Origin: Thermoplasmatota archaeon
GTDB taxonomy: Archaea > Thermoplasmatota > E2 > JACPAO01 > JAHFTW01
Assembly: GCA_041659985.1 (NCBI GenBank)
Contig: JBAZXE010000001.1
Span: forward strand, 703 to 64,702
Direction: 5' to 3'
Length of the DNA stretch: 64,000 nucleotides
Shown here: positions 29,404 to 39,304 of the stretch, piece by piece
Layout of the letters: each line of letters opens with the position of its first letter
Position numbering within the stretch: the first letter of the stretch is position 1
Made by a program: the position numbers and the translations under genes
The notes under the pieces: generated by a model
What the model saw: only the letters and a program-made list of their open reading frames with translations
Database searches by the model: none
Told to the model about the DNA's origin: nothing

Positions 29404-30305
29404 TCCCCGACCCCAGCGCCAACCCAGCCGAGGGGCTCGGCCAGATTTCCGGGGCCCGCCGCCTACGCGGCCGGCTGGGAATCGGTCTCCTTTCCCTGGC
29501 GGCCTTGACCTCGTTGGCGGTCTTGGCCTGGCTCCTTATCCTGATGGTCGGGAAGGGCTGGACCGCCATCGATTGGCAGTTCTTCACGTCGTTCACGTCG
29601 CGGTTCGCCGCCAAGGCCGGCATCAAGGCGGCGTTGGTCGGGACCTTGTGGCTTGGCATCTCCAGCATGCTGGTCGCGCTTCCGCTGGGCATCCTGGCCG
29701 CCATCTACCTCAACGAGTTCGCGCGCGCCGGACCGGTCACCTCCTTCCTGCGCGCCAGCATCGCCAACCTGGCCGGCGTGCCCAGCGTCGTCTTCGGTAT
29801 CCTTGGCCTGGCGTTGTTCGTGCGCGCCATGCACCTCGGGTCATCCATCGCCGCCGCGGGCCTTACCCTTGGCCTGCTCACGCTACCCATCGTCATCGTC
29901 GTCTCCGAGGAGGCGCTCAAGTCCGTGCCGCGCTCGATCCGCGAGGCCGCGTTCGGACTGGGCGCCAGCCGCTGGCAGACGGTACGCCACCACGTCCTGC
30001 CCTACTCGTTGCCCGGAATGCTGACCGGCTCCATCCTTGCCCTCAGCCGCACGATGGGCGAGACCGCCCCCCTCATCATCATCGGCGCTGCCACCGCCAT
30101 CTTCGCGCTCCCCACTGGATTGACCGGCGACGGCGGTTCCTACACGGCGCTGCCCATCCAGTCCTACTACTGGGCCGAAAACGCCAAGGAAGAATTCCAG
30201 ACCCTGGCCTGGGGCGGGGTCACGGTCCTCGTGTCCCTCGTGCTCGTCGGCAACCTCGCGGCCATCGTGCTGCGAAACCGCTTCCAGAAACGCTACCGCT
30301 GGTGA
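29400..30305 (+). CDS. pstA: Phosphate ABC transporter permease PstA
   Basis: Internal Met MIPDPSAN of ORF 29214..30305. ATGA overlap with pstC stop. Confidence 0.85.
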   Translation: MIPDPSANPAEGLGQISGARRLRGRLGIGLLSLAALTSLAVLAWLLILMVGKGWTAIDWQFFTSFTSRFAAKAGIKAALVGTLWLGISSMLVALPLGILAAIYLNEFARAGPVTSFLRASIANLAGVPSVVFGILGLALFVRAMHLGSSIAAAGLTLGLLTLPIVIVVSEEALKSVPRSIREAAFGLGASRWQTVRHHVLPYSLPGMLTGSILALSRTMGETAPLIIIGAATAIFALPTGLTGDGGSYTALPIQSYYWAENAKEEFQTLAWGGVTVLVSLVLVGNLAAIVLRNRFQKRYRW

Positions 30306-30308
30306 CCC

Positions 30309-31178
30309 ATGAACGCCAACCCCCTTCTGCAGACCCCGGCCACCATGCCCAAGAACCACGTCGCCCCTCCCGCCGCCATGGACGCCACGGTCAGCCAAAC
30401 GGCGCCCGGAGGGGTCGCGACCCCCGCTAACGCCTTCACCATCCGTGACCTCAATGCGTGGTACGGCGACAAGCAGGCACTCAAGGCCATCAACCTCGAC
30501 ATCCCCGAACGCCAAGTCACGGCCTTCATCGGCCCCTCGGGCTGCGGCAAGTCGACGTTCCTGCGCTGCCTCAACCGCATGAACGACCTCATCCCCGGGG
30601 CGCGCGTCGAAGGAGACCTACGCTACCGCGGCATTGACGTTCACGGCAAGGGCGTCGACCCCGCCGTCCTGCGCCGCCGCGTCGGCATGGTGTTCCAGAA
30701 GCCCAACCCGTTCCCCAAGTCCATCTTCGAGAACGTCGCCTACGGCCTGCGCCTCGACGGCCAGCTCGACCGCGCCCAAGTCAAGGAGCGCGTCCTGTGG
30801 TCCCTGGAAAAATCGCATCTCCTCGGCGAAGTCGAGGCTCGCCTCGACGAACCCGGCACCAGTTTGTCCGGTGGTCAGCAGCAGCGCCTGTGCATCGCCC
30901 GCGCCCTCGCGGTCAAGCCGGACGTCATCCTGATGGACGAGCCGTGCAGCGCCCTCGACCCCATCGCGACGGCGAAGATCGAGGACCTCATCGCCGAGCT
31001 GCGCGCCGAGTACACGGTCGTCATCGTGACGCACAACATGCAGCAGGCCGCCCGCGTCTCCGACGGGACGGCGTTCTTCTACCTCGGCGAACTGGTCGAG
31101 TACGGTGCCACCCGCATGATCTTCGAGAAACCCGCGAACGAGAAAACGGAAGCCTATGTGACCGGGAGGTTCGGCTGA
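30309..31178 (+). CDS. pstB: Phosphate ABC transporter ATP-binding protein PstB
   Basis: Walker [10 protein letters not shown], signature LSGGQQQR, Walker B ILMDEP. C-terminus ends ...VTGRFG. Confidence 0.95.
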   Translation: MNANPLLQTPATMPKNHVAPPAAMDATVSQTAPGGVATPANAFTIRDLNAWYGDKQALKAINLDIPERQVTAFIGPSGCGKSTFLRCLNRMNDLIPGARVEGDLRYRGIDVHGKGVDPAVLRRRVGMVFQKPNPFPKSIFENVAYGLRLDGQLDRAQVKERVLWSLEKSHLLGEVEARLDEPGTSLSGGQQQRLCIARALAVKPDVILMDEPCSALDPIATAKIEDLIAELRAEYTVVIVTHNMQQAARVSDGTAFFYLGELVEYGATRMIFEKPANEKTEAYVTGRFG

Positions 31179-31310
31179 TGCGAAGCGAACTCGAACCGAC
31201 CACGACAGAAGGACCTACGCCGATTCACGGGAGGTTCGGCTGATGCGAAGCGAAGCCGAACCGACCAAGCAAACAGGACATACGCCGACTCACGGGAGGT
31301 TTGGCTGATG
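31160..31310 (+). repeat. 65-nt tandem repeat (about 2.3 copies) at the pstB/phoU junction, encoding two coupled 21-aa mini-ORFs (31178..31243 and 31243..31308)
   Basis: Unit CGGGAGGTTCGGCTGATGCGAAGCGAA..CGAACCGACCA...TACGCCGA.TCA. Each unit has SD GGGAGG plus TGATG (stop/start overlap). Mini-ORFs [21 protein letters not shown] and MRSEAEPTKQTGHTPTHGRFG share the HGRFG end with PstB. Confidence 0.8.
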
Positions 31311-31961
31311 GCCGGCCGCGAGGTCTTCGTCCACCAGATGGACAAGCTCGACGCCCACGTCCTTGACATGGCCAAACTCGCCAAGTCGATGTTGGGCGAC
31401 GGCCTCGACGCCCTCGAGGCTCTCGACGTCGACCTGGCCGAGGCGGTTGCCAAGCGAGCGCAGGAGCTGGCGTCCATGGACGAAGCCATCGAGACCGAGG
31501 CGCTAGGCATCCTCATGCTGCAAGCGCCCGTCGCCAAGGACCTGCGCCGCATCGGCGCCATCCTGAAACTCATCACCTCCATCAACCGCATCGGACGCTA
31601 CGGCTACGACATCGCCAAGGTCGTCAAGGTCATCAAGGACCCTCACCCCAAGGCCATCGCCTCCCTGCGCCAAATGTCGCAGGAAGTGGAGCGCATGGTC
31701 GACATCGCGCTCGACGCGTTCCAGAAGCGCATCGCTCCCGACACGAAACTCATCATGGAGCTGGAGACCGACGTTGACGCGCAGCGCCATACCGTCTGGC
31801 GTTCCTGCCTCACGTACATGGCCGAGGACCCGCGCACCATCGAGGCCTGTGCCCACATCATGATGGTGGCGCGCTACCTCGAGCGCTGCGGCGATCATGT
31901 CGTCAAGATGGCGGAGAAGCTGCACTACGCGGCGACCGGGCAGCGGATCATTCTGAACTGA
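31308..31961 (+). CDS. phoU: Phosphate-specific transport system accessory protein PhoU
   Basis: Two PhoU repeats with conserved D/E residues. Immediately downstream of pstB. Confidence 0.9.
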   Translation: MAGREVFVHQMDKLDAHVLDMAKLAKSMLGDGLDALEALDVDLAEAVAKRAQELASMDEAIETEALGILMLQAPVAKDLRRIGAILKLITSINRIGRYGYDIAKVVKVIKDPHPKAIASLRQMSQEVERMVDIALDAFQKRIAPDTKLIMELETDVDAQRHTVWRSCLTYMAEDPRTIEACAHIMMVARYLERCGDHVVKMAEKLHYAATGQRIILN

Positions 31962-31991
31962 CGTGCAACGAAACAACTCAACGAGGCGAAC

Positions 31992-32531
31992 CTAAGTCGT
32001 CCCTTGAGTGCATAGCTCGTCTTCCAATTTGACCATTCTAATGGTCATAGCCTGCACCAAGTGAATCTTGATTTCTAATTCATCGAGGTCGAAGTCGCGC
32101 GATGGCCACGGTTCATCTGGATGTCGTTTACGCAGGGGGTACTGGAGGATGAACTCCTGATTTTGAGGGCCGGAGCCTTGCAGCGGCGGCGCGTGGACCA
32201 AGCCGTTCCGATATACTGCCAAGTCTCGAATTTCTTTGGCTAGCTCGGCCATCGTTTTTTGTTGGCCGGGCGATAGTTCGCAAGCTTCTGCAAGTGGACT
32301 CAGCAGCCCCGCCATCGCTGTGACTTGGAGTTGCTGCACGACATACTGGACGCGTGGATGCAGTGGAATTGCGGGATGCTTTCGAGGTATCACGAGGGCT
32401 GTGACGATTCGCGAGAGCTGATTTTCCAGGAAACCAAAATTGCGGACAAATGTCCCCAACAATCGATCCATACGCTCTTCAATGGCGCGTGACCGAATGG
32501 CCGGCGTTTCCTGCTGCTCCGAGTTCGCCAT
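31992..32531 (-). CDS. Hypothetical protein in visibly lower-GC DNA (possible horizontally acquired orphan)
   Basis: ORF 31992..33014 trimmed to MANSEQQETP (179 aa), because upstream overlaps the aminotransferase. Local sequence is AT-richer than surroundings. Confidence 0.45.
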   Translation of the reverse strand: MANSEQQETPAIRSRAIEERMDRLLGTFVRNFGFLENQLSRIVTALVIPRKHPAIPLHPRVQYVVQQLQVTAMAGLLSPLAEACELSPGQQKTMAELAKEIRDLAVYRNGLVHAPPLQGSGPQNQEFILQYPLRKRHPDEPWPSRDFDLDELEIKIHLVQAMTIRMVKLEDELCTQGTT

Positions 32532-32539
32532 TGAGCAGC

Positions 32540-33730
32540 CTATGCCGCAACAGGCTTCTTCGCCGTCCACTCCGACATGACGTGGCCGAGGCGCTCGACG
32601 CCGATGGCGATCTTGTCGTCGCTCGGGTGGCTGAAGTTGAGGCGCATCGTGTTGAAGCCCTCGTTCGGGTCCGGGTAGAATGACTTGCCGGGCACGAAGG
32701 CGACGTCCTTGGCGATGGCGTCCTTGAGCATCTCGATGGTGTTGACGTGCGGAGCCATTTTTGCCCAGGTGAACAGGCCGCCCTGGGACTTGGTCCAATG
32801 CGTTCCTTCCTTGGGGAAGTGGCGGTCCATGGCCTTCAGCATGAGGTCGCGCTTCTTGCGGTAGAGGCTGATGATCTCGGGCAGATGGCGGTCGATGAGG
32901 CCGCCGGCCAGAAGATCGGCCGCGATGTACTGCGTGAAGGCGTTGGTGCAAAGGTCGACGCTCTGCTTGCTGATGACCATCTTGCGCGTCACGTCGTGCG
33001 GCGCCACGGCCCACGCCAGGCGGAAGCCCGGCACGAGGATCTTGCTGAACGTGCCCAGGTAGATGACGCGGCCCTCGCCCTTGTCCATCGAGTGGATGGA
33101 GGGGATTTCGTCGCCCTCGAAGCGGAGCTTGCCGTAGGGGTCGTCCTCGACGATGAGGAGGTTGTGCTCGTGCGCCAGCTCGAGGATCTTCTTGCGGCGG
33201 CCGGCGGGGATGCTGGTGCCGGTCGGGTTGGCGAACGTCGGCACGAGGTAGAGGAATTTGGGGTGGATGCCCTGGCGCTTCAGGCGTTGCAGGGTCTCGT
33301 CCAGCTTCTCCGGGATCACTCCGTCGTCGTCCGAATCCGCGGCGGCGTACTTGGCTCCGAAGTAGTTGAAGGACTGCAGCGCGCCGAGGTAGGTCGGGTT
33401 GCCGACCACGAGGGTGTCGCCCCGGTCGATGAAGACGCGGCCCAGGAGGTCAAGGCCTTGCTGCGAGCCGTTGGTGATGAGGACCTCGTCGGGATGGACG
33501 TCCATGCCGTCCTTGCGCAGGTGCTCCGCGACCGCTTCGCGCAGCACAGTGACGCCCTCCGTCGTGGAGTACTGCAGTGCCTGCTTGGCGTGGTCGCGCA
33601 GGACCCGCTTTGTGGCCTCCTCGACCTCGTGGACCGGGAACGAGGCCGGATTGGGCAGGCCACCCGCGAAACTGATGATGGAGGGTTTCTCCGTGAGCTT
33701 GAGCAGCTCGCGGATTTCACTCGCCTTCAT
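32540..33730 (-). CDS. PLP-dependent aminotransferase, class I/II (MocR/aromatic aminotransferase-like)
   Basis: Start at MKASEIRELLKL. The SFSK stretch carries the PLP lysine, in GTFSKILVPGFRLAW. Aminotransferase fold I pattern. Confidence 0.8.
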   Translation of the reverse strand: MKASEIRELLKLTEKPSIISFAGGLPNPASFPVHEVEEATKRVLRDHAKQALQYSTTEGVTVLREAVAEHLRKDGMDVHPDEVLITNGSQQGLDLLGRVFIDRGDTLVVGNPTYLGALQSFNYFGAKYAAADSDDDGVIPEKLDETLQRLKRQGIHPKFLYLVPTFANPTGTSIPAGRRKKILELAHEHNLLIVEDDPYGKLRFEGDEIPSIHSMDKGEGRVIYLGTFSKILVPGFRLAWAVAPHDVTRKMVISKQSVDLCTNAFTQYIAADLLAGGLIDRHLPEIISLYRKKRDLMLKAMDRHFPKEGTHWTKSQGGLFTWAKMAPHVNTIEMLKDAIAKDVAFVPGKSFYPDPNEGFNTMRLNFSHPSDDKIAIGVERLGHVMSEWTAKKPVAA

Positions 33731-33962
33731 CAGGTGGGTGCGGTTCGAGTAGAGGGGACCGAAGTCCACGAAACGGTCCAGGGCCGAATGTGATAAAGAG
33801 CTTCGGCCGAATGGCCGTGGAAAAGAACCCCGTACAACCAATTCGTTCAATTCTAAACGAAATCACGTTTGTTGGCCACAGAATTGAACGTGACTAGGCA
33901 AAAGCGGCACGCACGGGTCCATTGCTAGTGAACCAGTAAAAGGCCTGCATGGGGCGCGTTGT

Positions 33963-34583
33963 TCAGCCGTCGACCGGATTGCCGTCCGGATCGTAGACCA
34001 GCATGCCGACCTTCAGCTGCTCCGCCTGCTCCGGCGGGATGGGTTCATGCATCGCGCCTTCGCCGAGGATCGCCGAGTTGCCAAACGGGTCCTCGATGAT
34101 CAGGGTGACCGGCGGCGCCTTGCCGTCGCGCATCATGGCGAACGTGTCCTGCAGGTCCCGGATGCGGTCGCGCATTGCCTCATCTTCGGCGTCCCGCATC
34201 AGCTGCGTCAGGATCCGCTCGACGCGGACCATGACGCCTTCGATGTTGCTGACGAACGCCTCCGAAGCGGCGCCGGGTTCGATGGTGATGCCCAGCTCGG
34301 GGATGCGCACGGTCCCACTGGACGAGCGCACGACGCGGACCATCATGTCGTCGCCCGTCTTCACGACGTAGGAGTAACGCGTCGGCTCGCGGTGCTCGGT
34401 GAGCACGAAATCGGTGTGCCGGTAGCCGCAGCGCTCGCACCGCAGCATGATCTCCAGGCTGGTGCCCATGAAGGGAAGTTCGACCGGCTCGGTCGTGTAC
34501 TCCAGACCCTTGCCGTCGCAGGAAGGGCACGTGGCTTCCTCGATGGTGGCGTGGGGCACAGGTCGCGGCCAGGCGGCCTCCAA
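33963..34583 (-). CDS. ZPR1-type zinc-finger protein
   Basis: CPSCDG...CERCGY four-Cys zinc finger followed by the ZPR1 A-domain. Confidence 0.65.
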   Translation of the reverse strand: MEAAWPRPVPHATIEEATCPSCDGKGLEYTTEPVELPFMGTSLEIMLRCERCGYRHTDFVLTEHREPTRYSYVVKTGDDMMVRVVRSSSGTVRIPELGITIEPGAASEAFVSNIEGVMVRVERILTQLMRDAEDEAMRDRIRDLQDTFAMMRDGKAPPVTLIIEDPFGNSAILGEGAMHEPIPPEQAEQLKVGMLVYDPDGNPVDG

Positions 34584-34738
34584 GAAAAGCCTTCGGCCCG
34601 GAGTCGTACCGCGCCGCCCACGACGAAGCAGGAATTTCGGGAAACCCGGAAAGTGTGCGGGGAAAGTCCCGCAAATTCCCGTAATTCCGGTTTGGTCTGG
34701 AGTGGCGTGGCAAGCGGCGGTGGTTTGAAGGCCGCATC

Positions 34739-35185
34739 TTGGGTCGTCGCCGCATGGAGGAGCCGCGCATCGTCACCCTGCGGGAGCGACCGGTCGCCGT
34801 CGTGCAGCACCGGGGCCCGGTCGAGGCCATCGATGACACGCGCCGTCCCCTCTACCGCCACATGGTGATGAACGAGCTCGTGGGCGGCCCGAGCATCATC
34901 CGCTTCCTGGACCAGCCGCAAGGTGAACACCAGGTGGATGCCTTGGTTCTCACGCATCTGGGTTTCGACGGCGACGAGGTCTGCCAGATCGAGACCCTGG
35001 CCGGCGGGCGTTACGCGGTGCTCGACTACGAAGGCCACCCCGAGGGACTTGCCAAGGCCCGCGCCCGTCTGCAGGAGTGGGTGCATCGCAAAGGATTGCA
35101 CGCGGCGGGTCCGGTCCTCCAGGTCCACCTCATGGACCCGATTGACGGCATCGTCGAGGAACAGCTCCAGGTCCCCCTGGCCTGA
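34739..35185 (+). CDS. GyrI-like small-molecule-binding domain protein
   Basis: About 145-aa protein with GyrI-like/effector-binding topology. Confidence 0.45.
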   Translation: MGRRRMEEPRIVTLRERPVAVVQHRGPVEAIDDTRRPLYRHMVMNELVGGPSIIRFLDQPQGEHQVDALVLTHLGFDGDEVCQIETLAGGRYAVLDYEGHPEGLAKARARLQEWVHRKGLHAAGPVLQVHLMDPIDGIVEEQLQVPLA

Positions 35186-35239
35186 ACCCGCCTTGCAGGG
35201 TCGGGAGCCCTTATCACGCCCGAGGCGCGTCGTGGGCCG

Positions 35240-35803
35240 ATGCTCAAGCAGGGCGACGCGGCCCCCGACTTCGTCCTGAAGGACGCGCAGGGCCGCGATG
35301 TGCGCCTTTCCGGCTTCTCCGGCTCCGCCATTGTGCTGTACTTCTACCCGAGGGACAACACGCCGGGCTGCACCATCCAGGCCAAGCGGTTCAAGGACCA
35401 CTACGCCGAAATCGGGGCCCATGGCGCGGTCGTCGTCGGCGTCAGCCTGGATCCCGTCGAGACGCACAAGGAGTTCTCCGACAGCTGCGACCTGCCCTTC
35501 CCGCTTCTGGCCGACCCCGACGGCCGCGTGCATGACCTGTATGACGCGTGGCGCACGACGCTCTTGGGCCGCTCCTCGTTGGGAGTCCGCCGCTGCACGT
35601 TCCTCATCGACGGCGACGGCATCATCTACGAGGTGTACAAGACCGTCAATGTCTTCACGCACGCCAACACGGTGCTGAAGGACCTGGAACGGCTCAAGGC
35701 GCAGAAGGCGTGGGGTCGCCACACCAACGGCGTCGAGAAGGAGCGCAAGCGCCGCAAGAAGGAGACCGACCCGTTCCAGGGCGATGATGTCGTGAAGCGC
35801 TGA
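35240..35803 (+). CDS. bcp: Peroxiredoxin Bcp (thiol peroxidase, AhpC/TSA family)
   Basis: APDFVL...YFYPRDNTPGCT peroxidatic Cys motif. Basic C-terminal tail. Confidence 0.9.
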   Translation: MLKQGDAAPDFVLKDAQGRDVRLSGFSGSAIVLYFYPRDNTPGCTIQAKRFKDHYAEIGAHGAVVVGVSLDPVETHKEFSDSCDLPFPLLADPDGRVHDLYDAWRTTLLGRSSLGVRRCTFLIDGDGIIYEVYKTVNVFTHANTVLKDLERLKAQKAWGRHTNGVEKERKRRKKETDPFQGDDVVKR

Positions 35804-35807
35804 TGGC

Positions 35808-36038
35808 TTAGAGGTCTGGCTTCGGCCAGAAGGCCGACACAACGAAGAAGAAGAACAGGGCGAGGAGCGCGGCGGCCGCCAGGCCAAGGGCGAGCGCCCT
35901 CAGGACTTTGCGCCCCCGGGCCGCCAGCCGCGCCTTGGACTGTGCGACCGCCTCCTCGGCCATTCGGCCCGCCGGCCGCACAAGGTCCGTCGGGGCGCCG
36001 AGCGGCTCGACGGCCAGTGCGTCGGCGTCATCCGCCAT
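35808..36038 (-). CDS. Small membrane protein (1 TM), co-oriented with K+ channel
   Basis: 76 aa, one C-terminal TM helix. 3-nt spacing from the channel gene. Confidence 0.4.
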   Translation of the reverse strand: MADDADALAVEPLGAPTDLVRPAGRMAEEAVAQSKARLAARGRKVLRALALGLAAAALLALFFFFVVSAFWPKPDL

Positions 36039-36040
36039 GC

Positions 36041-36874
36041 TCAGCCCCCCAGCACCTTGCGTTTGGCCAGCGCGAATTCCTCGTCCGTGAGGCGTCCGCG
36101 CTCGTGCAAAGCCACCAAGACCTCCAACTGCTGCGTGACGTTCCCGGCCATCACGGGAGGCGCCATCGCCTCCGATGCGGCTGCGTCTTCCTTCTGCGTG
36201 ATGAGCACGCTGGCCACTGACGAGGCCAGGGCGCCAATGGTGCCGATTCCCGTGACCATCAAAATCGCGGCGACGAACCGGCCGGTGTCGGTGACCGGCG
36301 TGACGTCACCATAGCCCACCGTCGTGACGGTCACGATGGCCCACCAAAGGGCGATGCGGAAGTCCGTGATCTTCGCCAACGGGTCGTTGCGTTCCAGGGC
36401 CAGGACCAAGAGGGCGCCGACCAGCGTGATGCTCCCCGCCACGGCGCCAATTTTGAGGATTGAGGATTCCTTGGCGATGCGCTCCCAAGTGCCCAAGGCT
36501 TCGCCGAGCCTGCCGAAGACGCGCAGGATGCGCACCAGCCGGAACAGGCGCAGGAAGCGCAGGAACGACGGCACCGGCAGGACCAGCGGCAGCATTCCCA
36601 GCAATTCCCAGCCATGGCGCAGTGCGTAGCGGCCCGGAGCGGCATCGTGCCAGACCCGCCACCCCCATTCCCCAACGAAGAACGCCACCAGCGCCAGGTC
36701 AAGGATGGCCAGCACGGTGCGGACGGCGGCATCCGACGTCGATTCGTACCAGAACATGATGGCGACCGAGTCAATCAACAGACCGACGAGGACCCAGTCC
36801 CAAGCGCCCATCCGGCGCCGGTTCGCCATGTCGCGCCCATCCGGCAAAAGCCGTATAGCCTTGCCCTTGTCCAA
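36041..36874 (-). CDS. Voltage-gated potassium channel (KvAP-like) with C-terminal SHOCT-like tail
   Basis: S4-like Arg ladder RFLRLFRLVRILRVFGR. Pore/selectivity filter TVTTVGYGD. C-terminal EVLVALHERGRLTDEEFALAKRKVLGG. Confidence 0.85.
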   Translation of the reverse strand: MDKGKAIRLLPDGRDMANRRRMGAWDWVLVGLLIDSVAIMFWYESTSDAAVRTVLAILDLALVAFFVGEWGWRVWHDAAPGRYALRHGWELLGMLPLVLPVPSFLRFLRLFRLVRILRVFGRLGEALGTWERIAKESSILKIGAVAGSITLVGALLVLALERNDPLAKITDFRIALWWAIVTVTTVGYGDVTPVTDTGRFVAAILMVTGIGTIGALASSVASVLITQKEDAAASEAMAPPVMAGNVTQQLEVLVALHERGRLTDEEFALAKRKVLGG

Positions 36875-36879
36875 CGGGT

Positions 36880-37437
36880 GTGTCCGACTCTCCCGACCGG
36901 ATGGACCTGCACGAGTTCCGCAATTCCCGCCGTCGCAAGACGGACAACCTCCTGAAGGAGGACCACCGGGACCTCAAACGCTTCTTCGCGCTCGATTCCG
37001 CGGCGTACCGCGACCTGACGGCGCAAGGCGGCCTCGACGAGAAGACCAAGGAACTGCTGGGTCTCGTCGCCTCGACGGTATTGCGCTGCAACGACTGCAT
37101 CGCCTACCACTGCGACCGCTGCGTCGAAGTCGGCTGGACGAAGGCGGAGCTTCTCGACGCGCTCAACGTCGCCCTCGTCGTCGGGGGCAGCATCACCATC
37201 CCACACATCCGCACCGTCTGGGAGGTCGTGGAGCAACTGTACGACGAACAAACCGAGAAGGTCAAGGCGCCCGAGCGCGCCAAGGCGCTCGACCACGCGG
37301 CCCACGAGATCAAGGCCGGCGCACAGGAACGCAAGCCGTCCACGGCCGCCTTGACGCTCGGCCTCACCCCGTCTGCTGCCGCCCCGCCCCCGTCCGCCGC
37401 CGCCAAGACGTCGCGCCACCGCAAGCCGGCGAAGTGA
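36880..37437 (+). CDS. Carboxymuconolactone decarboxylase-family (AhpD-like) protein
   Basis: CxxC-containing AhpD-core motif VLRCNDCIAYHCDRC. Ala/Pro-rich basic tail. Confidence 0.7.
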   Translation: MSDSPDRMDLHEFRNSRRRKTDNLLKEDHRDLKRFFALDSAAYRDLTAQGGLDEKTKELLGLVASTVLRCNDCIAYHCDRCVEVGWTKAELLDALNVALVVGGSITIPHIRTVWEVVEQLYDEQTEKVKAPERAKALDHAAHEIKAGAQERKPSTAALTLGLTPSAAAPPPSAAAKTSRHRKPAK

Positions 37438-37442
37438 ACGGC

Positions 37443-38315
37443 ATGCGGGCCTGGGCGTCGTTTGCATTGATCCTCATCGTGGCCCTTGCAGGTTGCGTTG
37501 GCGGCGACGACGGCCCCAGTAGTTCCAATCCCACCGAATCGGCCAGTTCATCCTCTTCGGCCAGCGGCGCTCCGCCGACGACGCAAGGCGTCATCGTGGA
37601 CCTCCTGCCGGATTTCGCCTTCGAATCGTGCCGCGGCCTTTCCGTGCGGTCGGCGCAGCCCCTCGATCAGGTGCAAGCGCTACTGCCGGAGGGCTTCACG
37701 GCGGCATCCGCGCCGGTGGAGCCGGCGGGGACGGCGGTTCTGGGCTTGGACCTCTACGCGTGCGGCAACCTAACGACCCCGGATGCCAGCATCCCAGACA
37801 CGGTCTTCGGAGTCCTCTATACGCACGTGCTGCGCCCCGTCGACCGCCTTCCAGCCGCCCCGGAGGCAGATGTGCATGAGTACGCGTTCCGCGTGCTGGC
37901 GCGCGACGACGTGCTGGCGCGACTGTGGCCGGCCGCTGGCTACGAGACGCGCAACGGCACCGCCGACGTGACCCTCGACCCGGTCGGGGAGGGGCTGCCC
38001 TTTGATCCAGGCTTGCGCCTCGGCAACGGCTCCGTCGGCGGCCAGTACTTCGTCCTGGGCTCGGGTTCGCCGGCCATACCACCGGCGCCTTCGTCGGGGA
38101 GTTTTGCCCGCTACACCGTTGTCGCCAATGACGAATCGGTGCTGGTCTGGACCGGGACGTACTCCTTCTCCAACCTGCTCATCGGCCAAGGGACGTTCGA
38201 GGTCCCCGACGACGATCCGTTCGCGGGCTTCGAGAGCGCCAACAACCTGCCCGGCCTGGCTCGCCTCTTCGAGACGGGAAGCATCCTCGACCAGGATTTG
38301 CGCCGTTTCTTCTGA
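37443..38315 (+). CDS. Hypothetical lipoprotein
   Basis: Internal Met of ORF 36705..38315. Lipobox LAGC. Ser-rich linker. Confidence 0.55.
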   Translation: MRAWASFALILIVALAGCVGGDDGPSSSNPTESASSSSSASGAPPTTQGVIVDLLPDFAFESCRGLSVRSAQPLDQVQALLPEGFTAASAPVEPAGTAVLGLDLYACGNLTTPDASIPDTVFGVLYTHVLRPVDRLPAAPEADVHEYAFRVLARDDVLARLWPAAGYETRNGTADVTLDPVGEGLPFDPGLRLGNGSVGGQYFVLGSGSPAIPPAPSSGSFARYTVVANDESVLVWTGTYSFSNLLIGQGTFEVPDDDPFAGFESANNLPGLARLFETGSILDQDLRRFF

Positions 38316-38326
38316 TTGGCGGTCGC

Positions 38327-39235
38327 CTAGACGGAGCGCAGGAAGGACGCGACCCGCGGCACCAGAAGGTCCGGGATGTCTTCTTGCAACCAATGCCCGG
38401 CATGGTCGAAGAACACCGGCTTCGGGTGGCTGGGCAGGGCCTCCGAGAACGCCCAGGCGAACCGCTTGCTGAATGCAGGGTCCTTGGCGCCCCACAGGAT
38501 CTCCGCGGGGACGGTGAGGTTCGGCAGGTCCCGCTCGATGCGCGACAGGGTGTCCCAGTCCGGGTGGCCGGGGCGGTCTGGGATCATGCGGGGCGATTGG
38601 ACGACGCCGACGCGGGAGGCGGCGGTCGGGAACGGATGGCGGTAGCCGTCCATGACGCTGGGCGGCAGCGGCTTCTGCATGAGCTTGGGGATGAACCGCT
38701 CGACGAACAGATTGCGCCGACCATACGCGAACTCGCCGATGCCCGGAGCCTTGAGCAAGCGGAAGCCCAAAGGCAAGCGGATGGGCGCGCGCCGGGTGAA
38801 CGCCCAGGTGTTGAGGATGACGAGGCCGCTGATGTCCGAGGCGTGGCGCGTGGCGTAGCCGAGGCCGATGGGTCCGCCCCAGTCCTGCACGACAGGGACG
38901 ACGCGTCGCAGGCCCAGCTCCGAGACGAGTTCCTCCAGGTTCTTGATGTGCTTCTCGAGCGAGTAGTAGCGGGGATCTGAGGGATGGTCGCTGCGACCGA
39001 AGCCGGCGTGGTCGACGGCCACCACGCGGGCGACCTTGGAGAGCGACCGAATCCAGTCTCGGTAGAGGAAGCTCCAGGTCGGATTGCCGTGCAGCAGCAG
39101 GACCGTCGGCTTGCGGAAGTCGCCGCCCCACTCGACGTAGTGCATCGTCGTGCCGTCCGACAACCGGACGTACCGGTCCTCGAACGGGTAGAGGTCGCCG
39201 AGGACCGCGTCGGGGACGCCGTTGCGAACCGCCAC
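38327..39235 (-). CDS. Haloalkane dehalogenase-like alpha/beta hydrolase
   Basis: HGNPTWS, QDWGGPIG nucleophile elbow with Asp, C-terminal His. Haloalkane dehalogenase family pattern. Confidence 0.8.
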   Translation of the reverse strand: MAVRNGVPDAVLGDLYPFEDRYVRLSDGTTMHYVEWGGDFRKPTVLLLHGNPTWSFLYRDWIRSLSKVARVVAVDHAGFGRSDHPSDPRYYSLEKHIKNLEELVSELGLRRVVPVVQDWGGPIGLGYATRHASDISGLVILNTWAFTRRAPIRLPLGFRLLKAPGIGEFAYGRRNLFVERFIPKLMQKPLPPSVMDGYRHPFPTAASRVGVVQSPRMIPDRPGHPDWDTLSRIERDLPNLTVPAEILWGAKDPAFSKRFAWAFSEALPSHPKPVFFDHAGHWLQEDIPDLLVPRVASFLRSV

Positions 39236-39304
39236 GGCCGTCCATCGCCGGGTGGGCTTAAGGGCGGCGTGTTTGGCGCACGGCCGCCCGGCGGACCAGG
39301 CCGT

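Noticed and set aside
31992-33014. Full 340-aa ORF
   Set aside because: N-terminal two-thirds overlaps the aminotransferase gene in another frame and is Arg/His-rich junk. Only the C-terminal 179 aa from Met 32531 is plausible.
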